Positions 49,782-64,000 of a stretch of 64,000 nt of DNA are shown here, piece by piece. Location of the stretch: NCBI GenBank assembly GCA_963723515.1, contig CAVRQT010000003.1, positions 832,001 to 896,000 on the forward strand, in the 5' to 3' direction. The notes under the pieces were generated by a model. That model was not told the origin of the DNA, searched no databases, and worked only from the letters and a program-made list of their open reading frames with translations. Source of the stretch: Vulcanimicrobiota bacterium (lineage in GTDB: Bacteria; Vulcanimicrobiota; Vulcanimicrobiia; Vulcanimicrobiales; Vulcanimicrobiaceae). The position numbers and the translations under genes were made by a program. Each line of letters begins with the position of its first letter. Position 1 is the stretch's first letter.

Positions 49782-49784
49782 ATC

Positions 49785-50795
49785 TTATCTTTGCTGTTGT
49801 GGTGGTGGTTGCGGTGGCGGCTCGGGCGCCTTGTCAACCGTGTTGCCGATTGCGCCTCGCATCTCGGTATCCGCCTTGATATTGTTCAAACGGTAGTAAT
49901 CCATGACGCCGAGATTTCCGCTGCGAAACGCCCCCGCGATCGCAACGGGAATCGTTGCTTCGGCTTCCACGACTTTCGCGCGCATCGCCTGCGTCTGCGC
50001 CTTCTGCTCTTGTTCGGAAGCCTGCGCTGCGTACTGCCGTTCGGATGCTTTGGCCTGCGCGATGCGGCGATCGGCCTCCGCTTGCGAGGTCTGCAGCTCG
50101 GCGCCGATGTTTTTCCCGACGTCGACGTCGGCAATGTCAATGGAGACGATCTCAAAAGCCGTCCCGGCGTCTAAGCCTTTGGCAAGCACGGCCTTCGAAA
50201 TGCGATCGGGGTACTCCAGCACTTCTTTGTGATCGACTGCTGCGCCAACCGCAGAAACCACGCCTTCACCGACGCGCGCGATGATCGTCGGTTCACCGGC
50301 GCCGCCGACATACCGGTCGAGGTTGCTGCGCACGGTAATCCGCGCCTTGACGTTCAACTGAATGCCGTTTTGCGCAACGCCCTGAAAGGTCGGCGTTTCA
50401 ATGACCTTCGGATTGACCGAGGTTTGCAGCGCCTCTAAAACATTTCGTCCCGCCAAATCGATTGCCGCAGCGCGCTGCCACTCGAGTGGAATCTGCGCAC
50501 GTTGCGCCGCAATCATGGCGAGCGTCACGTTCTCCACGTTGCCGCCCGCGAGAAAGTGCGACTGCATCTGATCGACCGTCAGCGGCAAGCCGGCTTTGCG
50601 CGCACGAACGAGGTTGTTGACGATCACGCTCGGCGGAATGCCGATCAGTCGCATGCGGATCAAGGCGATGATCGAGAGCGGTACGCCGGCCGCCATCGTC
50701 CGAATCCACAATCCGATCGGAAAGTAGTAGAGGAACACGAAGAATAGGATGATCGCGACGAAGAAAATCACGATAGCGCCGAAGGTATAGACCAA
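49785..50795 (-). CDS. floA: Flotillin-like protein FloA (YqfA)
   Basis: [53 protein letters not shown]. Confidence 0.95.
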   Translation of the reverse strand: MVYTFGAIVIFFVAIILFFVFLYYFPIGLWIRTMAAGVPLSIIALIRMRLIGIPPSVIVNNLVRARKAGLPLTVDQMQSHFLAGGNVENVTLAMIAAQRAQIPLEWQRAAAIDLAGRNVLEALQTSVNPKVIETPTFQGVAQNGIQLNVKARITVRSNLDRYVGGAGEPTIIARVGEGVVSAVGAAVDHKEVLEYPDRISKAVLAKGLDAGTAFEIVSIDIADVDVGKNIGAELQTSQAEADRRIAQAKASERQYAAQASEQEQKAQTQAMRAKVVEAEATIPVAIAGAFRSGNLGVMDYYRLNNIKADTEMRGAIGNTVDKAPEPPPQPPPQQQR

Positions 50796-50807
50796 ACTTC
50801 TTCTCCT

Positions 50808-52106
50808 CTAGCTTACGGGCTTAACGAAGACACGCGCGCCTTCGACTCGAGAGACGCGAATCGGCGTTCCAGCCGGAATGAAATCGCCCTCCGTCAGCAC
50901 ATCCACGCGCTTGCCTTCGATCGTGGCCACGCCCGCCGGGCGCAAGAACGATGACGCAACTCCCGATTGTCCGCGCAAGAACGTCAAGTCACGGCTCGTG
51001 ACGTAGTCGGGGCCTTGAACTGCGGCAAACGTCAGCCGGTTCATGAAGGCGTTCTCCGGCCAGTAGCGCGTAGCGAGCCAAAACAAAGCGACGGTCAAAA
51101 TGATCGCCGTCGAAATCGTTTGGATCGCGACGAAGAAAAACGGAATGCCGAAAGCCAAGAGCACGGCGAGCAAGAGCGCTATCCCGCCCAAGATCCCGGG
51201 CGCTCCGTGTCCGGGCACGACGTGCAACTCATAGAGAATCCCGAAGACGCCCAAGACAGCCAAACCGATGACAAGGCCATTGCTGAACCCCGCGTAGATA
51301 TGCGTCCCAAAGAACAGCGCAAACGCTAGCACGCCGATCAGTCCGGCGATGCCGTGCAGGGTTTGCATCTCGATCAGGAGCCCAAGCATTCCGATCGTCA
51401 AGAGCAAGCCGCTCACTTCGGGGCTGGTCGCGAAGCGCGCAACCTGCTCGCCGAACGAATACTCCGCGGTCGTCGTCGGCACGCCTTGCAAATGATAGTC
51501 GCGAAGCACGTCCGACATCGACATGTCAATCGAATCCGCGATGCGAGCGCGTTTTGCGTCGTCGGCTGTCAACGTGAGAATTGCGCCATGCTTCTTGTAA
51601 TCCGGAGCATCCGCGTTGACATCGACCATCGCAGCGGCAATTTTGGGATCGCGATGGTTACGCTGCGCGGTTGATTCAAACTCTGCGCGAAGGTAGGAAA
51701 CCGTCTTTACGGTCGTTGGAATCGGCTCGGCGGCGCCGATGCTTGCTCCGGGGGCCATCGCGATATGCTGGGCGCTCAGCGCGACGAGTGCGCCTGCGGA
51801 CGCCGCGCGCTCGGAGATGTAGGCGATCGTCGGCATGCGCGCTGTGAACATTGCATCGCGAATCTCAGTCCCTGCAGAGACAAGGCCACCGAACGTGTTG
51901 ATGTCGAGAACGATTGCACGCGCGCCGCTAGCGTTCGCATCTTGGACGGCACGTTGCACGAGATGCGCCATGCCCTCATCGATCGTGCCGTGAATCGGAA
52001 TGATGACGACCGAGTTTTGCTCCGCACCGCCACGACCTGAAAGCAGTAATCCGGCACAGCCGGCGGCGATGAGCCCGGCAAAGATGAGCCCGCGAAGGCG
52101 TAGCAC
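50808..52106 (-). CDS. NfeD/YqeZ membrane-bound serine protease family
   Basis: INTFGG, AASAGALVAL, MAPGASIGAA, TM bundle, LRPAG...VDVLTEG. Confidence 0.92.
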   Translation of the reverse strand: MLRLRGLIFAGLIAAGCAGLLLSGRGGAEQNSVVIIPIHGTIDEGMAHLVQRAVQDANASGARAIVLDINTFGGLVSAGTEIRDAMFTARMPTIAYISERAASAGALVALSAQHIAMAPGASIGAAEPIPTTVKTVSYLRAEFESTAQRNHRDPKIAAAMVDVNADAPDYKKHGAILTLTADDAKRARIADSIDMSMSDVLRDYHLQGVPTTTAEYSFGEQVARFATSPEVSGLLLTIGMLGLLIEMQTLHGIAGLIGVLAFALFFGTHIYAGFSNGLVIGLAVLGVFGILYELHVVPGHGAPGILGGIALLLAVLLAFGIPFFFVAIQTISTAIILTVALFWLATRYWPENAFMNRLTFAAVQGPDYVTSRDLTFLRGQSGVASSFLRPAGVATIEGKRVDVLTEGDFIPAGTPIRVSRVEGARVFVKPVS

Positions 52107-52146
52107 GGTCTTAGCTACTTTCGACCGCCTGCCAAAGTTGCATCGT

Positions 52147-52590
52147 CTAGCCGAGTTCCTCCGCAACGATTTGCCGGACCAGATTGCCGTCGGCTTGGCC
52201 CTTAAGCTGCGGCATGACGGTCTTCATCGCGGCGCCTTGATTCCGGCCCTCCGGTGGAATGTTTGTCAGCGCTGCGCGCACGATCTCGCGAATCTCCTCC
52301 GCGGATTTCTGCGCGGGCAGATACACGGTCAGAATATCGCGTTCGCGCTCTTCCTTAGATGCGAGGTCTTCGCGCTTCGCACGACGATACTCCGCGATCG
52401 AATCATTGCGCTGCTTTACCTGGCGCCGAACGACGTCGAGTTCATCCGCTTCGCTCAGCTCCTTGCCGGCTTCGGTTCGCTTGTACGTAAAACCAGAAAG
52501 GGCCGACCGCAATGTGTCGACCCGAAGTTGATCTCGCTTTCTCATGGCATCCTGCAGTTCGCTTTGGATGCGATCTTTGAGCGCCGCCAC
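52147..52590 (-). CDS. GatB/YqeY domain protein
   Basis: LKDRIQSELQDAMRKRD, VKQRNDSI, YLPAQ, KGQADG. Confidence 0.92.
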   Translation of the reverse strand: MAALKDRIQSELQDAMRKRDQLRVDTLRSALSGFTYKRTEAGKELSEADELDVVRRQVKQRNDSIAEYRRAKREDLASKEERERDILTVYLPAQKSAEEIREIVRAALTNIPPEGRNQGAAMKTVMPQLKGQADGNLVRQIVAEELG

Positions 52591-52594
52591 TACA

Positions 52595-52765
52595 CTAAGT
52601 GCGGCGTTTGCGTGCGGCTGCTGACTTCTTCTTACGGCGAACGCTGGGCTTCTCGTAGTGCTCGTGCTTGCGCGCCTCAGCCAAGACGCCGGCCTTCTGG
52701 GTGGCTTTCTTGAAACGGCGCAGCGCGCTCTCGATTGTCTCCCCCGGAGCAACGCGGACTTCCAT
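52595..52765 (-). CDS. rpsU: 30S ribosomal protein S21 (below ORF-track cutoff)
   Basis: [63 protein letters not shown]. Confidence 0.96.
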   Translation of the reverse strand: MEVRVAPGETIESALRRFKKATQKAGVLAEARKHEHYEKPSVRRKKKSAAARKRRT

Positions 52766-52923
52766 TCTTTACAACCCTCCCTTCAGCTCAATCCTTCGAC
52801 AAGCTATAGGACCAGCTCGGAAAAGGATGCAAAAATCGGCCGGTGTTTTTGGGCCTTGCACACTTTAACACAGCGCGCGTCCCTTCGACAAGCGCAGGCG
52901 ATAGTGGCTGATGACCCGTTATT

Positions 52924-53280
52924 TTAACCAGGCGGCCAACGCATGTGCCGGCCGCCGAGCACATGGATGTGCAAATGGTCGACCGTCTGACCGCCTTGCG
53001 CTCCCTCATTGATCACAAGACGAAAACCGTCATGGCTTCCCGCGCGACCAATCTCTGCGGCTTTTTTGAACAGCGACGCAACATATTGCGGATCCGCCTG
53101 GTCGAGAAATGCGGAACCGTTCTTGGCATGTATCACCGGCAGGACGAGAACGTGCGTAGGCGCCTGCGGATTGACGTCTTCGATCGCGACGATGTGATCG
53201 TCCCTGAAGATTTCGCGTGCCGGAATTTCTCCGGCTATGATCTTACAGAAGATGCAGCCGGGCTCTTGTGGAGTCGCCAC
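52924..53280 (-). CDS. Histidine triad nucleotide-binding protein
   Basis: CIFCKII, PQAPTHVL, GQTVDHLHIHVLGGR, WPPG. Confidence 0.95.
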   Translation of the reverse strand: MATPQEPGCIFCKIIAGEIPAREIFRDDHIVAIEDVNPQAPTHVLVLPVIHAKNGSAFLDQADPQYVASLFKKAAEIGRAGSHDGFRLVINEGAQGGQTVDHLHIHVLGGRHMRWPPG

Positions 53281-54857
53281 TATGCTTTCGGCTTCAGCAA
53301 CTCAAAGTTGATCGCAGTATCGGGGCGCGGTATGTAACCGCCAATCGAGGATTTGAACGCAACCGGCACCGTCGTATGAACGATTGGAACCGCCGGCACC
53401 TGGTCGAACACCATCGCATTTGCCTGCCGATAAATCGCCGCACGCTTCGCATCGTCCGGCGTCGCTTGTCCCGCGAGCATCAACTTGTGGAAGTTTGGAT
53501 CGCGCCAGAATGAATAGTTCTGCGCATTCGGTTTATGCGCGCTATCCTGATCGAGCAGCGGATAAAAGAAATTATCCGGATCACCGTTGTCACCGGACCA
53601 GCCGATCAAGCACATCGGGTGCTCGCCGTTTCGAATTTTGCTCAAGAAGACGCCCCATTCGAACGGCGCCAGCGTGACGGTGATTCCGACGGCCTTCAAA
53701 TCGGCCTGAATCGCCTCGGCGATGCGTTGCGGCTCGGGCATGTACGGCCGCGGCGCGGTCGGATAGTAGAGTTGCGTTGAAAAATTCGCCGCGCCCGCTT
53801 GCGCAACCAGCGACCGAGCTCGCGCCGGATCGAAGGCATAATGCTTCACCGACGGATTCGCGCCCAGCATCTTCGGCGGCGTCCAATTGTCGGCCACGAT
53901 TGCGCCTTGGCTATAGAAAGCGTGAACGATCTGAGGCACGTTCATCGCGTAGGCAATCGCCCGTCGTACCTCAAGTTTTTGAAACGGCGCCTTCTCCAAG
54001 TTCATCGCGACGTAGGAGTTGTTATTACTCGGTTGTTGGTAAATCGTGATGCCCTTTTGCTTTGCAAGCTGCGCCGCATCGTCCGGGCGCGGATCCGTCA
54101 AGACGTCGACGTCACCTTTTTGCAAGGAGAGGACGCTCGTCGCTTGGTCTGGGATATCGCGAATGATGATCGTTGTGTATGCCGGTTTGGTCGTCCATTT
54201 AAAGAGCGGATTCTCTTGCAGCGTGATGTGGTCGTCCTTGACCCATTCCGCTACGGTGTACGGGCCGTAACCGACCGGTTGTTGAGCGAACGCCTCGTGC
54301 GAAGCGCGAATCGCCGTCGGCGATCCGATCGCGAACGACGGCATTGCGACATCATGCAAGAACGGCGCGAGCGGCCTCGCCAGCGTAAAAGTTACCGTCG
54401 TTGCGTTCGGCGCCCAAACGTCCGCGATGATGCCGGGGAAACCGCCGAACATCGCGGCGTAATATTGGTACGTGTCGTTGCCGTGGTTCGGATTGTTCGG
54501 CAAGCGCCAACGGTCGAAATTCCACTTCACGGCGCCCGCATCAACCGGCGTTCCGTCCGAGAACTTCAGGCCTTTTCGCAGCGTGAAAGTCCACCGTCTG
54601 CCGTCGGGCGATGATTTCCAACTTTGCGCCAGCGCCGGCTCGATGTCAAAGCTGCCGGGTTTGAAGCGCACGAGGCCCCACAGCACCTCTTGCGTCAAGT
54701 TCAGAGAAAGACCGTCAGTCGCTTGCGCCGGATCGAGGATCACGGCATCTTTGACACGGGCGACCACGAGCGTTGAAGCGCCGTTGCCACCCGCGCTGCC
54801 TCCGCCGCCGCAACCGGCTAACGTCAAAACGAAGACCAGCGCGATCGCAAATCTCAT
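53280..54857 (-). CDS. Peptide ABC transporter substrate-binding lipoprotein (family 5)
   Basis: Lipobox LAGC, LDPAQ, PALAQSW, LRKGLKFSDG, VRRAIAYA, GWSGDNGDPD. Confidence 0.92.
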   Translation of the reverse strand: MRFAIALVFVLTLAGCGGGGSAGGNGASTLVVARVKDAVILDPAQATDGLSLNLTQEVLWGLVRFKPGSFDIEPALAQSWKSSPDGRRWTFTLRKGLKFSDGTPVDAGAVKWNFDRWRLPNNPNHGNDTYQYYAAMFGGFPGIIADVWAPNATTVTFTLARPLAPFLHDVAMPSFAIGSPTAIRASHEAFAQQPVGYGPYTVAEWVKDDHITLQENPLFKWTTKPAYTTIIIRDIPDQATSVLSLQKGDVDVLTDPRPDDAAQLAKQKGITIYQQPSNNNSYVAMNLEKAPFQKLEVRRAIAYAMNVPQIVHAFYSQGAIVADNWTPPKMLGANPSVKHYAFDPARARSLVAQAGAANFSTQLYYPTAPRPYMPEPQRIAEAIQADLKAVGITVTLAPFEWGVFLSKIRNGEHPMCLIGWSGDNGDPDNFFYPLLDQDSAHKPNAQNYSFWRDPNFHKLMLAGQATPDDAKRAAIYRQANAMVFDQVPAVPIVHTTVPVAFKSSIGGYIPRPDTAINFELLKPKA

Positions 54858-54861
54858 CTTC

Positions 54862-56337
54862 TTAATGCATTCTGACGGTGAACGTCCAACTCTTCGAAGT
54901 CGAATTGCCTGCCGCGTCCCCCACGCGTACCATCACGCGAACCGGCCCATCTCCATATGTAGACAACGGATGGTATTCGATAAATTTCGTCGTTCGCGTG
55001 CTGCTTGCGGTCACATCGTGGCCGTTCACGACCAAGACGATGCTTGAAGCGCTGATCGGAACCGCACCGGCGGTAAATGTCGCGTAGATGCTGGGCTGCG
55101 GATTGTTGACGGTCTGTCCTTGCTCCGGCGCGATGTCACCAACGCCGGGCGGCAAACTTGAGGCGGAGATCTCGCCCATCGATTGCGCCGTCGGCGCTTG
55201 CGTGCCGTGGACGTTCAAATGCCCGAAGATTGGAGCGGCCGCGAAATTTGCGCCCCGCGGAATCGTGTAGCGTGCGGTGTAGGTTCCAGGCGAGGTTTCC
55301 CTGAGCGGTAAGCCCGCGAAATACGCACCGACGTCATAGGTCGCCTCTCCACCCGGCGTGCCTTTCATCAGAATCGAAAACGAATCGCCTTGCCGCAGCG
55401 GATGGCTCACCGAAGGTTCGATCGATTCGATCTCGACAAACCCGGCTGCGACCATTCCCGTGGGCGCTCTGCGCGTAGCGATTATTTCACGGACTTCAGA
55501 GGATTCCAGATTGTAGCGAACATCAACATCATCGCCGACCTGCAAATCGCTCGTGTGCGCTCCCTGCCCGTTGAGCGAGAGCGCGGTCACGCCGCTCGGG
55601 ACGATCACTTGACCATCGTTCAACAAGATCGTGCTGCCGCTCAGCGCAGCGATCTTTCCACGTGAGGAAGCGAAGGAGTCGACGACGCGATCGATCGAGC
55701 CGTCTTTGCGCACGGATATCTTCGCATAATCTCCGACATGAACGCTTTCCAGGGAACCCGGAACCGTCGTATTCGCAGCAACATCAGTGATCAAAAAATG
55801 AGCGCCAGGTGAGATGCGCAGCGTCTTGACGGATGCCCCGCTCGTTACGGTGATCGAGGGCGGCCGCGAATCGTTGTCCACCGCTTGCACCTCGCCCGTG
55901 TATTCGCGCGCGCCGCCGGAAACGGAAACGAGGCTTGAATGTCCGACCGAACCGGAGATGATCTCGACTTTATTTCCGCGCCGATCGTATTCGGCGCTGG
56001 CACCCAAACCTTCACTAAAGAAGCGCAGCGGCGCGTACAGAACGCCCTTGAGCTCCGAGCCGGATGTCAACGTGATCGTTCGGTCGCCGGCTTGGGTCGT
56101 GATCGACTTGCCGCGCTGGTCGAAGGGCAGTCCCAACGCGTCGAGAATTCGCCTGACCGGCACGAGCAACCGTCCGCCCACAAAACGCGGCGGCGGTTCA
56201 ACGTTGAGCGGCGCACCGTTGATCGAAACGGCGATTTCGTTCGGCGACGGCGCCGCATGATGACCGGTCTTCGCAATCGCCGGAAAATGCGCGATCGCGA
56301 CGATCGAAACGGCAATGCCAAGAGCTCGTAAGCTCAC
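54862..56337 (-). CDS. Secreted protein with copper amine oxidase N-terminal domain and Ig-like domains
   Basis: Signal peptide, GRLLVPVRRILDALG, YAPLRFFSEGLGA, DAAGN...WTF. Confidence 0.75.
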   Translation of the reverse strand: MSLRALGIAVSIVAIAHFPAIAKTGHHAAPSPNEIAVSINGAPLNVEPPPRFVGGRLLVPVRRILDALGLPFDQRGKSITTQAGDRTITLTSGSELKGVLYAPLRFFSEGLGASAEYDRRGNKVEIISGSVGHSSLVSVSGGAREYTGEVQAVDNDSRPPSITVTSGASVKTLRISPGAHFLITDVAANTTVPGSLESVHVGDYAKISVRKDGSIDRVVDSFASSRGKIAALSGSTILLNDGQVIVPSGVTALSLNGQGAHTSDLQVGDDVDVRYNLESSEVREIIATRRAPTGMVAAGFVEIESIEPSVSHPLRQGDSFSILMKGTPGGEATYDVGAYFAGLPLRETSPGTYTARYTIPRGANFAAAPIFGHLNVHGTQAPTAQSMGEISASSLPPGVGDIAPEQGQTVNNPQPSIYATFTAGAVPISASSIVLVVNGHDVTASSTRTTKFIEYHPLSTYGDGPVRVMVRVGDAAGNSTSKSWTFTVRMH

Positions 56338-57370
56338 CTTTGCTCCTCCAAAACCTCACGATAGACATCCGCAGTAGCGCGCGCACAACGATCCCACGTC
56401 AGAAATTGCGCACGGGCACGACCTTCATTGACGAGAGCAGTCCGCAGCCCCTCGTCCTCAATCAGCCACTCCATGCGCGTGCGAAGCGCGCCGGCATCAC
56501 GAGGCGGAAACGTCAGGAGACGCGTCTCTAAGACTGCGGGCACCGCATCCTCGCATGCGATGACCGCAGTCCGCGACGCCATTGCCTCTACGATCGGCAA
56601 GCCGAACCCTTCACGCAATGAAGGATGAACGAGCGCACGCGCGCCGGCATAGAGCGGCGGCAACTCTTCGGGCCGCACTTCGCCGAGAAAGACGATCCGG
56701 CGCGACGGCCGTTGCCATTTGATGAGCTGCATATCGAGATCGTTGTGGCCGGTTAAATAGAGATCGAACTCATAACGTTCGGGCAAGCCGGCCCACGCCT
56801 CAAAGAGCGTGGGCAAATCTTTGTGCGCGCGATGGTTTCCAACGTAGAGAAAATAGGGACGCGGCGCCGCTCGAGGCGTGGCCTCCCTCAAGAAACGGTC
56901 TTCGACACCGAGCGGGACGACGCGAACGCGTGAACGCTCAACCTTCAAGAAACGCTCGAGATCGAAAACGGTCCGCTCATCGTCCGTGATCACGCGGGCC
57001 GCTCGGCGTGCCAAGAACTTCACAGCGGTGCGATAGTACGGACCCACTTTTGCCTTGAAGAACTGCGGAAAGCGCAGATGGATCAGGTCGTGAATCGTCA
57101 CGATGTATGGCCGCGGCGCAAGAACCGGTGCGTAGAACGAAAGGAAGTGCGCCAAGTCGATGCGCGCTTTACGCATCGCTCGCGGCAACGCAACGTGCTC
57201 TGCTAAACCAAAGTTCTTGCCCTCTTCGAACGTGACGAATTCGAATTCGGGCGCCACTTGCGGCAGCCGAGCGGCGAGTTCAATCGCATAGCGCTTCATT
57301 CCGACCGACATCTGACGAGTCAAGCGGCGATCGAGCCCAACTCTGGTCCTGAGCGCGCTCGAAGGAGCTT

Positions 57371-57374
<4 letters not shown>
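56334..57374 (-). CDS. Glycosyltransferase family 4
   Basis: VTIHDLI, YFLYVG, PSLREGFGLPIVEAMA. Confidence 0.92.
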
Positions 57375-60661
<3,287 letters not shown>

Positions 60662-60709
60662 GCGGGTAGTCGAACTAGCGTCATCATCTAGTCAAACGCT
60701 GTGTCCCGG

Positions 60710-60791
60710 TGTCATGCTGAGCCTAGCCTGCACTGAGCGGCGTCGAATGTGACATTACGCTAAGTCATGCTTCGACAAGCTCAGCATGACA
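60710..60791. repeat. Palindromic REP-like element (both arms)
   Basis: TGTCATGCTGAGC ... CTTCGACAAGCTCAGCATGACA between prfA and prmC. Confidence 0.85.
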
Positions 60792-60832
60792 CTGGGACTC
60801 CGCCGAAGATAACGATTTCGTACCGTCATCAT

Positions 60833-61917
60833 TTAAGCCGCGCCTTCTTCGCCGGCGAGCAGACGAGCGCGCTCGTCTTTCTGCAGCTCCTCAATGATGT
60901 GACCGATATTGCCTTCCATCACACCGCGCAGATTGCCGAAGCTTTGGTTGAGACGATGGTCCGTGATGCGATCTTGCGGAAAGTTGTACGTGCGAATCTT
61001 CTCGGAGCGATCGCCGGTGCCAACTTGTGAGCGACGCATCGAGCCGACCGCTTCTTGCGCCTCGCGACGTTTGCGATCGTACAGAACGCTACGCAGCATC
61101 TGCATCGCGCGCGACGCGATTCTGGAGTTGCGACCGCTCCTCGCTGCAGGCAACGACGATTCCCGTCGGTACGTGCGTGATGCGTACGCGCTCTCCGTTT
61201 TATTAACGTGCTGCCCGCCCGCACCACTGGCTTTGAAGGTGTCGATCTCGAGATCTTTCGGGTCGATCTCGAACTTCGCCGTGTCTTCCTCGATGAGGGG
61301 CAGCACGGCGACGGTCGCCGTGCTCGTATGGACGCGGCCCGCGGCTTCTGTGACCGGAACACGTTGCACGCGATGGACGCCGGATTCATGTTTGAAATCT
61401 TTGTACGGCGCGTGGCCCTTGACGGCGAAGACGATCTCTTTGTAACCGGCTGACTCGCTTTCGCTCATCGACACCGTCTCGGTCTTCATCTTCTGCGACT
61501 CGGCGTAGCGCATGTACATTCGCGCCAGATCGGCAGCGAAGATGCTCGCTTCGTCCCCCCGGCACCCGCGCGAACCTCGATGAAGACGTCTCGCTCGTCG
61601 TTCGGGTCTTTGGGTACGAGCAGCGCCTGCAATTGCTGCTCGATCGTTCGCTGGCGGTCCCGCAAAATGCGGTCTTCTTCTTGCGCCAGCGCTCGGAGCT
61701 CCGGATCGTCGGTTTCGCGCAGCAATTCCGCATTGGCGTCGATCGCTTCGCGCGTCGCTTTGTAGTTACGGTACGTCTCGACCGATTCTTCCAGCGCAGT
61801 GCGTTCTTTGGCTAGCGCCGTAACGCGCGCCTGATCGTACTCGCCGGGATGTGCGAGCTCCGCCTCGATCTCTTCGAAGCGTTTGAGCGTCGTCTCTAAC
61901 CGTTCATATCGATCCAT
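60833..61917 (-). CDS. prfA: Peptide chain release factor 1 (frameshifts)
   Basis: [21 protein letters not shown] (PxT motif), [25 protein letters not shown]; rpmE-prfA-prmC order. Confidence 0.95.
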
Positions 61918-61974
61918 AATAATAAGAAAAACGAGCTGCGCATGCGCAACCCGCTCCCTCGAACACTGGCCGCG

Positions 61975-62247
61975 TTACAGCGCGGTTTCGGCTGTTTTTT
62001 GCTCCTTGCGCGCTTTGCGCTCCGCCGCTTCTTCCTGCTTGCGGCGAGCCGAGGCGACGCGCTGGTTGAACTTATCGACACGTCCTGCCGTATCGACGAA
62101 TTTCTGTTGTCCCGTGAAGAGCGGGTGGCACGACGAGCAGATCTCGACCGCGATCTCCGGCACGGTCGAACCGGCGACAAAGGTGTTGCCGCAGGCGCAG
62201 TGGACCCGTGCTTCTGGGTACCATTTCGGGTGAATCTTCGCTTTCAC
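61975..62247 (-). CDS. rpmE: 50S ribosomal protein L31
   Basis: [32 protein letters not shown]. Confidence 0.97.
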   Translation of the reverse strand: MKAKIHPKWYPEARVHCACGNTFVAGSTVPEIAVEICSSCHPLFTGQQKFVDTAGRVDKFNQRVASARRKQEEAAERKARKEQKTAETAL

Positions 62248-62394
62248 AGCTCCCCCATTGTAACAGACGGCGCAACCCGGGCCCCGCTAACGGGCAAGGC
62301 GCGGTGGGGTAATCAGAGCAAGCGGCGTATCCACAGCGCTGCCCGAAGATAAACCGCGAAGACTCCGACTGGAAAACCACGGAGGCCGACCTAA

Positions 62395-62917
62395 GTGAAC
62401 CGTAACTTCTTTCCGCTCCTCATTGCCGCCATCGTCTTGGCGCCGTTTGCTGCACTCGCTCAAACGTACCCGCCCACCGGGCCGCAGCCGCAGGTTCAGA
62501 CACGAGCCGAGTCCGGATGCGACGCCTACGCCCGATCCGAATCGCAAGGGCCTTGATGGCGTTTGGGAAGTTCAGATTCAACATCAAGACGGCTCAACGA
62601 CGTACGACCATTTCCAACTGAAACAATCCGGCAACGCGATCAGCGGCCAGTTTCTCGATAACGAGCACAACAATAAGAAGTATCCCGTCACCGGTTCACT
62701 CGACGCAAAGACGATCCACCTTGTTGTGACGCGCGATGACGGTTCAACGATGGTCTTCAACGGAACGGTCGACGGCACGACCGACATGGTCGGCATGATG
62801 CAAGACGGCGCGCAATCGATTGCGTTTACGGCAGCGTACCGGCCGAAGTATCGCTTCATCGACACGATCTCGCCGGTGCCCGGCGGCATCGGCGGAGGAA
62901 CGCTCACCCCGCCTTAG
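62395..62917 (+). CDS. Secreted beta-barrel hypothetical protein (frameshift near 62500)
   Basis: GGAGG then GTG start, MNRNFFPLLIAAIVLAPFAALA signal peptide, continues LDGVWEVQI... Confidence 0.65.
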
Positions 62918-63470
62918 GGTTTAGTCTTTGGCCGGAGCTTGTCCCGAACCGGGTTGAAGGGCCGCTTGCTCGCGCGAGCCGCTGCTCCACATAGGCCTGA
63001 AGACCACCGGCGTCGATCAGCGATTGCATGAACGGCGGAAATGCGGCGGCTTGATATTCGCGGCCACGCGTCTTGTTTCGAATCATGCCGCTCGCCGGTT
63101 CGATCTCAATCTCATCGCCTGACGCAATGTCCTCGACGGCTTGTGGACTTTCAAAGATCGGCAGGCCGATGTTCAGTGCGTTGCGGTAAAAAATCCGCGC
63201 GAAACTCTTCGCGATGACACCGGACACGCCGGCACCTTTGATCGCGATCGGCGCAACTTCACGACTCGAGCCGCAGCCAAAATTCGTCTCGGCCACGATC
63301 AAATCGCCCGGCTGCACTTTGGATGAAAACTCCGGATCAAGTCCCTCGAGCGCATGTTTGCCGAGTTCGGCCGGATCCGTGATGCTGCAATACTTCCCCG
63401 GAATGATGACGTCGGTGTCGACGTTCTTGCCGTAACGGTGCGCGTGCCCGGCTAATGTCTTTGCGGCCAT
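62904..63470 (-). CDS. leuD: 3-isopropylmalate dehydratase small subunit
   Basis: NVDTDVIIPG, NFGCGSSRE, SFARIFYRNALNIGL. Confidence 0.92.
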   Translation of the reverse strand: MAAKTLAGHAHRYGKNVDTDVIIPGKYCSITDPAELGKHALEGLDPEFSSKVQPGDLIVAETNFGCGSSREVAPIAIKGAGVSGVIAKSFARIFYRNALNIGLPIFESPQAVEDIASGDEIEIEPASGMIRNKTRGREYQAAAFPPFMQSLIDAGGLQAYVEQRLARASGPSTRFGTSSGQRLNPKAG

Positions 63471-63477
63471 GGTTCTC

Positions 63478-64000
63478 CTAAACGGCTACCAATGAAAGCG
63501 TGCGCGGATCGGTGATCTTTCCGGCCAGTGCCGATGCGGCGCAGGTCGCCGGCGAAGCAAGGTAGATCTCCGCCTTAGGCGATCCCATCCGGCCGACGTA
63601 ATTGCGGTTCGTCGTCGAGATACAGCGCTCGCCGTCGCCGAGCGTTCCCATGTGGCCACCGAAGCACGCTCCGCAACCCGGCGTATTGACCGCGCAACCA
63701 GCGGCGACGAGCGTCTTGAGAATTCCCTCGTCCGCAGCTTGCATGTAGACTTTCTGCGAACCGGGATTGACGATCACGCGCAACGACGGCGCGATTCGCT
63801 TGCCCTCGAAGAATGCGCGCGACGATCCGCAAGTCTTCGATATATCCGTTCGTGCACGAACCGATGAAGACTTGATCGACCGCGACATCCTCTTTGACGT
63901 CGCTGATTGGATGAACGTTCTCGGGCAGATGCGGAAAAGCGATTTGCGGTTCAAGTGCGCCGATATCGATCTCAACGACGCGCTCGTACTGCGCATCCGG
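63478..64000 (-). CDS. leuC: 3-isopropylmalate dehydratase large subunit, C-terminal part (partial, frameshift near 63830)
   Basis: [36 protein letters not shown]. Confidence 0.92.
   Translation of the reverse strand, partial: RMRSTSASLRSISAHLNRKSLFRICPRTFIQSATSKRMSRSIKSSSVRARTDISKTCGSSRAFFEGKRIAPSLRVIVNPGSQKVYMQAADEGILKTLVAAGCAVNTPGCGACFGGHMGTLGDGERCISTTNRNYVGRMGSPKAEIYLASPATCAASALAGKITDPRTLSLVAV

Noticed and set aside
52147..52752. 201-aa YqeY with N-terminal extension
   Set aside because: The extension overlaps rpsU in another frame; YqeY starts at GTG 52590.
61486..61570. Programmed frameshift in a release factor gene
   Set aside because: The gene is RF1 (PVT motif), not RF2; there is no CTT-TGA slippery site and the break lies in a G homopolymer.

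Overview
A mostly core-genome window from a high-GC bacterium. The Firmicutes-like gene order (rpsU-yqeY-nfeD-floA-phoH-ybeY-dgkA; rapZ-yvcK), copper-amine-oxidase-N domain proteins and Pro/Thr-rich secreted proteins suggest Candidatus Eremiobacterota (Vulcanimicrobiota); this is inference only. It holds ribosomal and translation genes (rimM, khpA, rpsP, ffh, rpmF, rpsU, rpmE, prfA, prmC, tadA, ybeY), a fab cluster, cbs plus a cystathionine lyase/synthase, aroA, pyrG, leuCD, recO, ruvX, mltG, RNase P RNA and nine tRNAs. An accessory stretch (about 7.9-23 kb) carries uncharacterised secreted proteins and a SARP/BTAD-AAA-TPR regulator. More than 20 genes, including essential ones, are split by single-base indels; these are almost certainly long-read consensus errors, so ORF-track boundaries and apparent fusions need caution. 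The best candidates for new biology are: (1) a translationally coupled operon of a GH23 peptidoglycan hydrolase plus two paralogous small proteins resembling type III needle/rod or Hrp-pilin subunits (7967-9359); (2) a 1302-aa APC permease-GH35 glycosidase fusion with a non-canonical acid/base motif, divergent from an esterase (30575-35580); (3) a dispersed palindromic repeat family that has also entered the 3' coding ends of phoH and leuD; (4) convergent Asn-rich and Gln-rich secreted proteins; and (5) recurrent apparent CUG starts. I found no CRISPR array, integrase, transposase or rRNA.
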